A stretch of DNA of 64,000 nucleotides. Origin: Lobosporangium transversale. Taxonomy: Eukaryota. Both the position numbers and the translations under genes were made by a program. The notes under the pieces were generated by a model. It was not told where the DNA came from. It searched no databases and saw only the letters and a program-made list of their open reading frames with translations. How positions within the stretch are numbered: the first letter of the stretch is position 1; each line of letters opens with the position of its first letter. This document shows positions 1-10,572 of this stretch, in pieces. The DNA lies in contig NW_019028995.1 in NCBI RefSeq assembly GCF_002105155.1, forward strand, positions 372,001-436,000, given 5' to 3'.

Positions 1-1565
1 AAAGCAGAGATATTCGTTGGCTCTCAGGTTTCGGCATCAATGGCGGAGATAGGAGTGATGTAGTTGCATGCGCTTATTGCTTGGAGTAAAAGCTATCTAA
101 GCACCCTTTCTTACTGGACGATGCCTTGTTAATGGTGATATTGCGCAGCGCCTTGTGGATGGAGGGAGAGCAGAAGCGAGAGTGGTGGTTTTTGGCGGTC
201 GTTTGGTGTGTGTATGTGCGAATTTGATGGTTGATACCAATCGCCAAATTATATGAATATAGAATTACAGAAGCGAGATTAATACCGACGCGTTTGAGTT
301 TCTTTCCTTGAGATTGTTATAACCATGGGATGATTGCGGAGTGGCCACCAAAATAGTTTGTTTATTTCTTCTGGAGGCTCCATTGGAAAGCGCTTGTGTT
401 TTGAAGTTGCCTAGAAAACAAAAAAAAAACGCCGCGATGCAAAATGTGTTTCTATGCGTGCAAAAACCAAAGAGATGCTTTAGCTGTTTATTCAATAGCC
501 TGGTGCATGTTCATGTACACACGACTGATAGTGATTGATTAACAAAAGGAAACTCTCGTCTCATCCCATGCATGTACCGCCAAATATTTTCGAAACAATA
601 AAAGGCATGTACAGACAACAAAGAAGCACGTCAACTGTTTGATTGCTTGATCAGTATCCTCCAGTTTACTCACGTATAATATTTTTTTCTATTCACTCTT
701 GGCGTGCTTGTACGTCTATTAAGTTTTCTGTCTGGTCGTATAACACTAGGAACCCCCCACGCCAGAAAAAAAATACTTCCCATGGTTGGTGCCAGGTCTG
801 AAAACAATAATAATAATGCACATGCCGTGCATGGAAGATAGGGCCTTGACACTATGACCATTGTTATGCAGACTCACCGAAATCAACTTGTGATCACAAC
901 TGCTACTCATGCTCTGTTGCCAAGGGCTTGAAAAGGGACACAAACCTCTTCTTCCTTGTTCTCATAATCCCTCACATCCTTTCAATACTTTCGCCGTAAA
1001 TGTCCATTACATTTGAATCACACATAGGCACTTCACCATTACATATATCACCTTGGGTATGATACGTTGGTGTGGTTCCCTCCAGTTTCAACAGGCCCAA
1101 CAAACTCTATTAGCAGTGCTTACCAACCCAGATATATCAAAGGAACGCAAGAAGACGAGGAAGCAAACGATGTGAAAAATCAGGTCTCGCCGAGTTGTAC
1201 AGGAAAAGATCAAGTTAGTCAAGCTTCATGGTGCGGTAGAATGAATCAACTCAGATTGCACTGCTTTCAAGTCGAGACTACGGCGGCGAATATTACCATT
1301 GCTATATTACACCAGTCAATAAATAAACGATACAATGGGCTCCCAAGCGGATGCTAGAGTCATGCGAAAGTTTTCATGAGTTTTTTTATTTGCACAAATA
1401 AAGAAGCCAGGATAGTTCCTGGATTTTAAGCCCATTTATAATGGTAAATTTGCCCTTGTTATGGATGAAGGGATAATACTAACGTAGATGGTGGGGATTT
1501 ATGTCTGTTTCGTCCAGCGTTCAGCCGTTCTTTCAGGATCGTCCCGCGCAGCTATCGCTCGACTT

Positions 1566-1598
<33 letters not shown>

Positions 1599-2429
1599 AT
1601 AACAAGGACCCTCAGGGTCATGGGATTTATTTTCTACACTCTATGAACAAAATGCTCCAGAAACTATAGTCAATAAACAGCTATTACTGCACAAACGACA
1701 AGAGCCGCTGTATCCATGATTTCATAAACCCTGACCGCCGTGGTTGGTACTCAAAGTCCACCTTTCCGACGTGGCCTGTTGCGCAACGCGACAAATTATC
1801 CGCTATCCATAGTCATCAAAAACTTCATTCCACCTAGCCGCTCCATCACGTCCAGTTTGGTTTTCCCAAGGTAACTGTCCCGGACTCGGTCATCCGCGAT
1901 CTTGTAGATCTCTTTTACATTCAGCTTCTGTCTTTGTCTGAGGGAAGGGACAAGGAAATCATTGCTACTACGTCTGTGCTCCCCAACACAGTTGCGTCCT
2001 CTAGCGCGTTTGCTCATAGCAGTGATTCCACGAGCCTTTTCCCATTCAACGGTGACTTTACACCGTTTGTTCCAGATTTCTGTACGACCGAATTCCTCTA
2101 TGGCCTTGACGAAGCGCCCTGCCATATATGTAGCTATCCTTGTTGTTGTCTTGAAGCCAACTTTCCAACTCTGAGCAATGGACTTGGGCGTAAGTCAATG
2201 GTAAATGTCCTGCACAGACCAATCTGGTGTGTGCTCTCTCTCTTCCTCATCACCGTCGTTCCTATCACCATGGCGTCGTACTTCTCGCACACCATCGATA
2301 TGCATCTCCAGAGTTTTCCAAATGTAGTCCTCCTCTGCCGCAGTAAAAGTTGGCTCTTTTGTCCTTGGTGGGTCTACACCTCTCTCTGGCCCTTTGTGCT
2401 TGCTCCTGCACTGCTTTCAACGCTTTCCT

Positions 2430-5400
2430 TCATGTCCTCTCCCCTATCACATTCACATTTTGGATTATCTCCTTCCACTTCTCGGCCTGAGTCCCCATCG
2501 TCCTTGGACATCTCCAGATGTGCGATGTGTCTTCATCCTCTGTCCCACACACTCTGCAGTTGCCGTCTTCATAAAAGTCTGGCCTCCAGTGTCTCATATA
2601 TGACTGTGTAGGCAACATTCCATGGAGTTTCTTGATCCTGTGCGCTCGCTTTTGGCAGTCCGCTGGGCTGGTGAAGAGTCCTTTCGGTAGGTTGCTATCA
2701 TGAACAATGTTCATAGTAGCTCGCCAATCAATTTTTGTCCAATCCTTAACATGCTCCTGCGTCCTGTTCTGAGCGATCCACGTGTGATGTGTACGAGTTG
2801 TTGACTGTAACTTAAGGATCTGCCTTAAGTCATCTTCCGCTGGTACACCGTTGAACTTTGCATGGCAGTACATGTCATTATGCTCCGTTATGTTGATATC
2901 CCATAGCTCGCCATAATGTCCATGTTTTGCTGCTTCGTCCGCTTCTTCGTTCCCTCTGTTGCCGGCATGTCCTTTGACCCACTCGACCGTGACTTCCGAT
3001 CCTTGTTGAATAAATGCGTTGTGTATAGCTGCCCACCATACTGCATACGGTGATCTAATACGTTGTCGCAACGTGCTATCCACTCTGCCTCGGACCAATG
3101 CTCGGAATTGAGTCACAACTGCGCTGTTATCAAGTCGGATTGTCATAGGTCTGTTTCGTGGGCTGATAAGTATTCCTGCCAACAAACCAGCTAGCTCTGC
3201 CTTTGTCGAGGATGCGTTGCCTGCTACTCTACCAGATAGCGCAGTGTAAAACTCACCCTCTTGTGTCTGGACTACCACACCAAATGCCATACTTACTCTT
3301 TCAGTGCCAATATCTTTGAGAGATCCATCCGTATAAATGACATTACCCGGCTGGGTATTGTACCGTTCCCTTTGGCGTTGGATTTTCTCCTCGGTATTGG
3401 CACTAATGATAACTCCATTTGTGTCCCTGGCTAGGCCTCTGTTGACTTCAGGGATCACTTTTAGGCACGGTGTCTCGTTGGAATCCAGGTCGACTTTTGC
3501 TCTCCTTAGCAGAGCTTGCTCGCTCAGACCCTCATATCTCCTTGTGTTCTGGGTCCGGCGTCTCCTCGCTTCTTCGCGGGCTCGCATGCGTTCACCATGC
3601 CTTCGCTCTCGGTCCTGGTGGCGTTCTGCTCTTCTGACTATGGCATCTAACTTTGCTCTTTGTCGCCTAAGATTATGTTCTCTGGTTGCTCTGCGCGCCT
3701 CTTTCATAACAGCTTCTCGTCTCTTTTTCCGCTCCTTCTGTTGATCTAGAATCCACTTAATTCCAATTGGTGGCTCAACAGCTTGATTAGCCGGTGATAC
3801 TGTCAAGGTTCTGTTCGCTGCCTCATGCTTTATGAATTGGTTGAGTGCACGAATCGCTTCTCGATCTTCGTCTTCTGTATCCCCGTCTACCGAGCTGACA
3901 TAACTACTGTCGCTGTTGCTGTCATCATCACTGACGTCTAAGAGTGCCAGTTTCCTCCTGTTCCATTCTCTTGCATGCCTACCCACATAATCGTTGTCGA
4001 AGCAAAAGTTTTGAAGTTGGTTGAACCAGAATGGCGAAACTTTAGGCCCTCCGTAACGGGTCCTGAATGCGTGCCATGAGATCATGTCCTCCTTATCATC
4101 CGTAAGTATTTGATCCACAAAGTATACCATACGCTTGGTGAGCGCCTTCCATACGTGTGGTAATTCTCCGTTTAGCCATTTCCATGTCGAGAGAGCGTTG
4201 TGTGGGAGACCAAATTCGGCTGCGATCGATAGGTCGAAAGTAATGTTACGATTCTTCATTTCTTCACAAACATTCGATATAAAGTTGTGGCGATACTTTT
4301 TGACACGATGTGGCTCCAAAGTTGGCGAGACTTCCATCTTATTCCTGTGCTGCAGCATCAGTACTCGTGTCCGACATATCCGTCCCATTACATTGCTGTC
4401 ATTAAGTCGAAGCGCCAGGGTAGATATTTGTTCTTCCGCTTGAGCGTTCGCCAAGTCTTTGATGGCATACAATCTATTGTGGTTCATAATGCTGTTTGGC
4501 GTAGTTGATGGCATACGTGCTTTCCGCTTACACAGTGACATATACTTACCAGTCATCTTCTGTAGGAACGTTGGTGGCAACATTTGGGCCGAAATCCTAT
4601 ACAGCACCTTTGGGATGAGCACATTATTGACAATATACGTTGTCTGCCGATCTGTCAGGGCTTTGGACCGGAGAATGTTACAGGTCGTTTCTATTTCCTG
4701 CTCCACTATTTGCTGTGTTGCTGTTGGATTTCCTGTTGCTGTGACCCAAACACCAAGAATCCGTACCGATTCATTCTTTTCCACTGGTCGGATCTCTTCT
4801 GTAGGTGTCCCAAATTTCAGCGTGCTCCTCCTATCCTGCTTGCTGTTGATACAGATGACCTGCGTTTTCTTGGCGTTCACTTCCACCCCGTTAAGAATGA
4901 AGAATGTCGTTGCAATGTCAAGTATCTCCTGCATATGTGCTTTGGAGTCCGATATCCATGTAGTATCATCCACGAAAGCAAGGCCAGCAACTGATGGTGT
5001 CCCTCTTGGTCCCTCTAGACTATATCCAGTGCTACTGTCTATAATTTCACACAGGAGTGCATCATATGCTATTCTCCATAAAAGCGGACATTCCACTCCA
5101 CCTTGATCCAAACCGCACTCTGGATGATACTCGTCAGTTGGTCCGTATTCAGTAATCACCCTGTTCACTTTGGAAATGGCGATGTTTTCACATAGGCGTA
5201 TGAACTGTTCAGGGACCTGGAGCCGTCTTAGTCCGCGAGAAAGCATCCCATCGGGGGCGCAGTTGACAGAGTCGAAACACCGTTTCATGTCTTGGAACAC
5301 AATCCACTGTTCTTTCTTGAACTCTCTTGCGTCTTCCATTGCCGCTTGCAGGATATGGATTGGATCCTTAGTGGTAGTACCTTTAAGAACAGAGAAGTTT

Positions 5401-7454
5401 GGTCCTCGTAGAATATCGTGCCTGGCCATGATCGCGCTTAACCTATTTGTTATTACTGCAAACATTATTTTCCGTGCGTGCTCCAACAAAGCTATCGGCC
5501 TTACCTCTGCCATGTTTCCTGACCATTCTGGAGCTTTTGGTATGCAATAGAGGAGCCCCGTCTTCCAATCCTTGGGGACGTCTTCTTGCACGATAGTGGC
5601 ACTTATGATTTGGAAGAGGATAAAGAGCCCCTGCGGTCCTTGGTGTTGGATCATTTCGTTCGTAATGCCTGACACACCAGCTGCCTTGTTTTTGGGTGCA
5701 TCCAGGACCACAGCTGAAAACTCATTTCTGCTTGGTGGATCCATCAGACCGTCGTACCATTCACTCTTGATCCACCTCTGAGGGCTATATTGCTTCTGCC
5801 ATCTCGAACCCGGCTCTAGCGGTTTTGACGGCCTACGTCCGTGCCACTTGTCGAACCATGCCCGTACCTTCTCTTTAACTTGCTGTGGCTCTAGAATATT
5901 CACTGTGACACCGCCTTCGTCGTCCTGAATCCGGTCTATTGTCACTTTACCTCCGCCACGTCCCAGCACTTTGTCTATCATTTTCCCTGTTGCCGACTTC
6001 AACTCTCCACAGCGTTTCTCTATCAGGCCATTCATCGTCCTTGTCTTTTCCAGCTTCCTTGTCGCCTGTAAAAATGATATTGACTCTGTCCATCTGTGCT
6101 TTACTCCTCTTACCCAATCTTTCCATACATCGTCGCTATCCTTCGTGTCCGGTATAGTAGTGAGGCCTTCGATCTCCCCTTGTCCTTGCAGCCTCAACCA
6201 CTCAGCATTCTTATTAAATTTTTTCTGCTGCTCTACCAGTGTTGTCCATCTTGCGTCTCTTTGTACTGTTGATAATCCTCTGCGGGTTTGATTTGCCAAT
6301 TTTTTAATTTTAGCGAGATCACGTATGAGGTGGCGGAGACACAATTCTTGTTCTGGCTTCACTCCAGACCGACCAACCACTCTTCCTGGCAAGTTTTCTT
6401 TGGCGCTTTCTATGAGCAGCTTTGAATACCATTTCCATGCAAGGTCAATGTCGATTCTTTGAAGGTCTTCTGGCGTCAAGAGATCCTTTTCATCGTCGTT
6501 CTGGGCTCTCCGTAGGCCCATTGTAGAAGATTCACTGCCGTCTCCAATTCTTATATTCACACCGTTCTCAAAATTCTCCCAATCGTCGTTGCTGGCATCG
6601 CGAAGTAAGAATTTGTAGCCCTTGGGTTTTTTGTAAATGATGTGATGAAGTGGTTGTTGAATAAGGCGGTGCAGTGTCATTTCTAGAGTGACCATTTTGT
6701 GGTCTGACGCCACAATACCATCCAATGATTTGTGTTTGACCCTGAGAAGCCTATCCGTGAATACACTAGATACAAAGATCATGTCTATACGGCTCGTATT
6801 CTGGCAGGTATAGTCTTCACGAAGAGGGTGTTGAGCGCGGAAAACATCATGAAGTGGCTGCGTCTCCATCCATTGAAGTAGTGCCGATTCTGGTCTTATA
6901 CTCGTTGCGTTCTCTCGTCGTCGATCGAGCCGGGGGTTCCTAGTAGCATTGAAATCCCCAAGAATGATTATACCCCTCCCTTCTTCTCTCGCGTCGTTAT
7001 ATTCTTTTTGTATCCATTTAGTAATTACTTCTGCTTCATCTTCCCTTCCGCTTGGTAGGTAGCAGTTAATTACTCTGATTTTAAATCCCCCAGGAAAGTT
7101 GAAATCTCTCGCTTGGCCTCTGCTCCCACAAGATGAAGTTCTCGCAGCGTACTGGAACCAATGCTGAGCGATCAAAAGCCCAACCCCTGTTCCCTGTGTT
7201 GCACCTTCTTTACCACTCACCCACCACATTTTATATTTAGTTTGTTTCAAATTTCTTGCCATTTTACTCCCTCCAACATGCATGTTGGTTTCTTGGAGTG
7301 CTATCATATCTAAATCTTTCATATCACCATATTCACATAACGCTTCTATTTTCCCAGCTTCTAACGCACCCCGTATGTTAAATGATCCAAATTTAATAGC
7401 ATTGCTATTAGATCTAGTACTGTCCTGTCTATTTTGAGTGCTTGCATTACTCAT
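2430..7454 (-). CDS. LINE ORF2: APE endonuclease, reverse transcriptase, RNase H and CCHC knuckle (C-terminally truncated)
   Basis: APE motifs SFNIRG, LQET, LGDFN, SRIDMI, SDH; RT motifs RPIALL, GLDQGGVECP, AFVDD; RNase H motifs YTDGS, KAEL, LDN, WVKGHAGNRGNEEAD; CRVC-x8-H-x3-C. Homologous coding continues past the stop to 1796. Confidence 0.95.
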   Translation of the reverse strand: MSNASTQNRQDSTRSNSNAIKFGSFNIRGALEAGKIEALCEYGDMKDLDMIALQETNMHVGGSKMARNLKQTKYKMWWVSGKEGATQGTGVGLLIAQHWFQYAARTSSCGSRGQARDFNFPGGFKIRVINCYLPSGREDEAEVITKWIQKEYNDAREEGRGIIILGDFNATRNPRLDRRRENATSIRPESALLQWMETQPLHDVFRAQHPLREDYTCQNTSRIDMIFVSSVFTDRLLRVKHKSLDGIVASDHKMVTLEMTLHRLIQQPLHHIIYKKPKGYKFLLRDASNDDWENFENGVNIRIGDGSESSTMGLRRAQNDDEKDLLTPEDLQRIDIDLAWKWYSKLLIESAKENLPGRVVGRSGVKPEQELCLRHLIRDLAKIKKLANQTRRGLSTVQRDARWTTLVEQQKKFNKNAEWLRLQGQGEIEGLTTIPDTKDSDDVWKDWVRGVKHRWTESISFLQATRKLEKTRTMNGLIEKRCGELKSATGKMIDKVLGRGGGKVTIDRIQDDEGGVTVNILEPQQVKEKVRAWFDKWHGRRPSKPLEPGSRWQKQYSPQRWIKSEWYDGLMDPPSRNEFSAVVLDAPKNKAAGVSGITNEMIQHQGPQGLFILFQIISATIVQEDVPKDWKTGLLYCIPKAPEWSGNMAEVRPIALLEHARKIMFAVITNRLSAIMARHDILRGPNFSVLKGTTTKDPIHILQAAMEDAREFKKEQWIVFQDMKRCFDSVNCAPDGMLSRGLRRLQVPEQFIRLCENIAISKVNRVITEYGPTDEYHPECGLDQGGVECPLLWRIAYDALLCEIIDSSTGYSLEGPRGTPSVAGLAFVDDTTWISDSKAHMQEILDIATTFFILNGVEVNAKKTQVICINSKQDRRSTLKFGTPTEEIRPVEKNESVRILGVWVTATGNPTATQQIVEQEIETTCNILRSKALTDRQTTYIVNNVLIPKVLYRISAQMLPPTFLQKMTGKYMSLCKRKARMPSTTPNSIMNHNRLYAIKDLANAQAEEQISTLALRLNDSNVMGRICRTRVLMLQHRNKMEVSPTLEPHRVKKYRHNFISNVCEEMKNRNITFDLSIAAEFGLPHNALSTWKWLNGELPHVWKALTKRMVYFVDQILTDDKEDMISWHAFRTRYGGPKVSPFWFNQLQNFCFDNDYVGRHAREWNRRKLALLDVSDDDSNSDSSYVSSVDGDTEDEDREAIRALNQFIKHEAANRTLTVSPANQAVEPPIGIKWILDQQKERKKRREAVMKEARRATREHNLRRQRAKLDAIVRRAERHQDRERRHGERMRAREEARRRRTQNTRRYEGLSEQALLRRAKVDLDSNETPCLKVIPEVNRGLARDTNGVIISANTEEKIQRQRERYNTQPGNVIYTDGSLKDIGTERVSMAFGVVVQTQEGEFYTALSGRVAGNASSTKAELAGLLAGILISPRNRPMTIRLDNSAVVTQFRALVRGRVDSTLRQRIRSPYAVWWAAIHNAFIQQGSEVTVEWVKGHAGNRGNEEADEAAKHGHYGELWDINITEHNDMYCHAKFNGVPAEDDLRQILKLQSTTRTHHTWIAQNRTQEHVKDWTKIDWRATMNIVHDSNLPKGLFTSPADCQKRAHRIKKLHGMLPTQSYMRHWRPDFYEDGNCRVCGTEDEDTSHIWRCPRTMGTQAEKWKEIIQNVNVIGERT

Positions 7455-9204
7455 TATGGACTAGTGGTTTTGGCGGCAATCCACTTGAGGTTGATTTCTC
7501 TTCTTTTCTACTTTTTTCCTTACTACCTGCTCCGTTTGCTATGAGAGCCATAATCCCTGCTAGGGACTCGTTAGTAGGAGGCATGCCTGGAAAAGCAGCT
7601 GACTTACCTTTGTTTTTGGGCACGTTCCTGTGGAACTCTCCACTCAGTCCTGCTGCCTTCAGGTGCTCGGCTGCGAAGTCCATTCCAAGATGTTGGCTCA
7701 TCATTCCTATTAACATTTGGATTAGTAGACTGTTTTGAGCACGTAGTTGTTGTTGCTCTTCCTGTAGGCGTTCCACTGTATCTACCAGTTGCTGGATTTT
7801 CTTATCGACTGCACCAGTGTTGCTGTTCTTTCCTATGACGTTTGTTTGACCAGAACTTTGGATATTGGTTTTTTCTTCCTGTGCCTTCTGTTGGTTGCTT
7901 TGAGTAACACTTCCACTCTTTCCCGTGGCGGCTTTGGCGTATGAGAGTTGTGGTACAACTTTCAGTGCTCCTCCCTTTTGGTATTCCTTGACAGCTTTGA
8001 TGTGCTGCTTTGTCTCCTGGAGTGCAATGAATACCTCGCATTCCCTCATGATGTGTCCTGGTTTGTGGCATTGTCGGCATCGTTTGTCGTCCTTATCACC
8101 CCAGAAAGTCTCAATGCCCCCGATTTTGACTGGTTTAGTCATAGTTTCCGCCATTGCTTCTGCAGAGGGGAAATACACGAATGCTTCTCGTTGATATTGC
8201 CATTTCTTCCCGTCTTTTGAAAAATAGCGTGGCACTTTGACGAAATTCGCTTGCTTTTCTCCAAGGAGAGGCTCCAAGTCCTTGTCTGTCGTTCCAAAAG
8301 GGAGACCTGAGATTTTTGCGACGTGTGTCAATGTCCACTCGACTCGTTCATTGCCGATTTTGCGGATGCGCGCGAGTTCTTTTCCAATGAAGACGTGCTC
8401 CCGGTTGGCCAATTTGAATTTTGTGACGTCCTCAACATTGTTATAAACTACTGCTGCGGTGATCTTGACTCCCTTGGAGCATGGGCGGGTTGCAATCTTT
8501 TCAATAGTACCGAACTGCAGCATTGCTGACTTGATAAGGAATTCCGGAGTCCTAGGAGCAATACCATAAACCTCCACTGTGCGTTCCAGTTCACGTTCAC
8601 GGGTGTCGGTATTCATTTCAAAAAACAATGGGACTTCGTGTTCATTTCCGTCTTCATCTTTGTGTGTAGCAGTCATTTCCAGGAGCGCTGTCAGGGATGG
8701 TTGATCCTCAACAGCAACACGGAAAGCAGTATATCCATTGACTTTGACCTTGTGTGGTCCTTCTGTGCAATAGATGGCAGCATCCAACAAGACTGTTTCC
8801 AGGTCTTTCTTTTTTTCGGCAACCGTTGTTCCATAAAGGTCCTCGAGGAAGACGCCGGCCGCCTTCAGCCTATCCTTGGTGCGTCTCACTTCCTGCCATT
8901 CTGTGACTCCCACAGTGGCCATTGCGTCATCGTCTTCGTCCATTGCGTCCTGTTCTTGTGTAGCTGCACGCAAGCCATTTGCACCCAGGCTGCGGTTATA
9001 CGAGGGACGGCTCTTAGAGCCCGTTCCCTCGTCAACGCGGCTCCCGCTCGCCTCTATGCCGCTTGCGGGACCGACTTCTTGGTTGTTGGGCTGTCTTTGA
9101 GATCCGATTCCGCTATTTGGAATGCGAGCTCTTTTCGAATGAGGGACATTTCTGTCCAAATTGGGTGGATCATGTTGCTGATTTTTTCCTAATGCAGGTT
9201 CCAT
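7447..9204 (-). CDS. LINE ORF1 (gag-like, RRM-like segments, CCHC zinc knuckle, coiled coil)
   Basis: CRQCHKPGHIMREC knuckle; RRM-like TVEVYGI and AKISGLP; first ATG at 9204 (GTG at 9225); overlaps the ORF2 start by 8 nt. Confidence 0.9.
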   Translation of the reverse strand: MEPALGKNQQHDPPNLDRNVPHSKRARIPNSGIGSQRQPNNQEVGPASGIEASGSRVDEGTGSKSRPSYNRSLGANGLRAATQEQDAMDEDDDAMATVGVTEWQEVRRTKDRLKAAGVFLEDLYGTTVAEKKKDLETVLLDAAIYCTEGPHKVKVNGYTAFRVAVEDQPSLTALLEMTATHKDEDGNEHEVPLFFEMNTDTRERELERTVEVYGIAPRTPEFLIKSAMLQFGTIEKIATRPCSKGVKITAAVVYNNVEDVTKFKLANREHVFIGKELARIRKIGNERVEWTLTHVAKISGLPFGTTDKDLEPLLGEKQANFVKVPRYFSKDGKKWQYQREAFVYFPSAEAMAETMTKPVKIGGIETFWGDKDDKRCRQCHKPGHIMRECEVFIALQETKQHIKAVKEYQKGGALKVVPQLSYAKAATGKSGSVTQSNQQKAQEEKTNIQSSGQTNVIGKNSNTGAVDKKIQQLVDTVERLQEEQQQLRAQNSLLIQMLIGMMSQHLGMDFAAEHLKAAGLSGEFHRNVPKNKGKSAAFPGMPPTNESLAGIMALIANGAGSKEKSRKEEKSTSSGLPPKPLVHNE

Positions 9205-9315
9205 GATGAGTGATGTCGTTGGCACTCTTGTGCGCTAACAGGGGGTGTGGAAGGGGTGTGTATAGAGAGGGAATGTGTAAATGTAGCGTATCCGATGGTG
9301 TACGGAGAAGAGTTT

Positions 9316-9446
9316 TATAAAAACTCAAGCAAATCCCTGACCTGGCACATGTTTGCTTCACTTTATGTGCCTTAACCAGGACTCGAACCCGACCCCTGGG
9401 CTAGACAGGAGGGTGCCCTGACGAGTATACTACTCAGCCATTGGGC
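9316..9446 (-). promoter_or_regulatory. tRNA-derived Pol III promoter head (A box, B box, T5 tract)
   Basis: Minus strand GCCCAA-TGGCTGAGTAG (A box) ... GGTTCGAGTCC (B box) ... TTAAGGCA, then about 45 nt and TTTTT; the same module occurs at 31508-31632 and in part at 39716-39798. Confidence 0.8.
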
Positions 9447-9451
9447 CTGAT

Positions 9452-9526
9452 GTCCTTTGACCCCGTTGCCCTGGTCCATACATGACGTCCTTTGACCCCG
9501 TTGCCCTGGTCCATACATGACGTCCT
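9452..9526 (+). repeat. 35-bp direct tandem duplication
   Basis: gtcctttgaccccgttgccctggtccatacatgac at 9452 and 9487, with a partial third copy at 9522. Confidence 0.9.
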
Positions 9527-9628
9527 CAATCTCACAGAAGCTTTTGGCTACGCCAAGGGTTCACCCATGATCTTTTTTTATTAATCAGCTGACCACTCCA
9601 ATGACGTCCTTGGTTATTGCTGGTTATT

Positions 9629-9701
9629 GCCCTTATGGCTTAGTGGTTATAGCGTCCCACTCGTAATGGGAAGGTCCTCGGTTCAACTCCGAGTTGGGGC
9701 A
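9629..9701 (+). tRNA. tRNA-Thr(CGT)
   Basis: GCCCTTA...TTGGGGC-A acceptor stem, D loop TGGCTTAGTGG, anticodon arm TCCCA-CT CGT AA-TGGGA, T arm CTCGG-TTCAACT-CCGAG, TTTT at 9721. Confidence 0.93.
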
Positions 9702-9724
9702 ACTTAGATCTAGAAATACCTTTT

Positions 9725-10193
9725 GGATTAATCTATTTGACAGCCTAGTTGCTAAATATTATTTGGCAGCCTAGTTGCTAAATATTATTTGGCAGCCCAT
9801 TGCCAAATATAATCAACTTTCAAGACTCTCTTTGGCAGCCCAGTTGCCAAATAACATTCATTATTTACTTGGCAGCCTACCCAGGGCTATTTGGCCTCTA
9901 ACTATTTATTTATTTTTATTTTTATTTTTTTTTTTTCAAGTAGGTCGCTCATACAGTTTTGGAGGTGCCATTTGGAGATCAATGCCTATGAGAGGTTTTC
10001 GCTCGGAGCAAACGCGTCTCACCTACTACCTAGACGTCTTCAATAAACCATTCCCTAACCGTGTACATTGAAGGCTGTTTTGTGAAGATGTCATCGCCGC
10101 TGCCCTTAGTACCTCCGGCGGCATTAGCTGTGCAAGGCAATGTATCCACAGAACGCTGCTTGTTTTACCACTGATGTTATGACCCTGTTTATC

Positions 10194-10226
<33 letters not shown>

Positions 10227-10373
10227 TGTATTTGGCAGCCCAGCTGCCACCCAAGAGTGCGAAGTTAAGTGGCAGCCCCCAGAAGTAGGCTGCCAAATAG
10301 AGGCAAAAATTACTATATTTGGTATGGGCTGCCAAATAATGTTTGGCAACTGGGCTGCCAAATAGATTAATCC
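9725..10373. mobile_element. Non-autonomous Mutator (MULE)-like MITE
   Basis: Terminal inverted repeats GGATTAATCTATTTG(A/G)CAGCC... of about 47 bp or more; 9-bp TSD ATACCTTTT at 9716-9724 and 10374-10382; internal TTTGGCAGCC repeats. Confidence 0.88.
9937..10222 (+). mobile_element. Poly(A)-tailed 3' fragment of a third LINE-like element inside the MITE
   Basis: Ends ATGACCCTGTTTATC-A(n), similar to the family A/B tails; the short frame FWRCHLEINAYERF resembles the ORF2 end SYRQQVELAIMERL. Confidence 0.55.
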
Positions 10374-10572
10374 ATACCTTTTTGTCACCAAGAAGTTGGC
10401 GCTCTTTCTATTTCATTTCCGAAGCGTTAACCATTGTCTTGTGGCGTTTCTTTTACACTACCCACATATTCTTTGGAAAAGAGATTTGTACGGAGTCTTT
10501 ATTTCAGTCTTTAATACCACTACCAGGAAGCCTTCCACGGCACAAGCTCGATACCCAAGCATCAAATATTGA

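Larger units (their letters stand above)
1568..9446 (-). mobile_element. Full-length non-LTR retrotransposon (LINE, family A, copy 1) with tRNA-like 5' head and poly(A) tail
   Basis: Poly(T) at 1568-1597 is the poly(A) tail on the minus strand; ORF1 and ORF2 are in tandem; near-identical to the inverted copy at 31293-39714; tRNA-like head at 9446-9316. No perfect TSD found. Confidence 0.95.

Noticed and set aside
1934..9192. Many plus-strand ORFs inside the LINE (and their mirrors at 32-42 kb)
   Set aside because: Antisense shadows of ORF1/ORF2 with no recognisable motifs.
9368..9446. Head module as a functional tRNA gene
   Set aside because: Acceptor stem pairs poorly and the D and anticodon regions are non-canonical; only the A/B boxes and T arm are tRNA-like.
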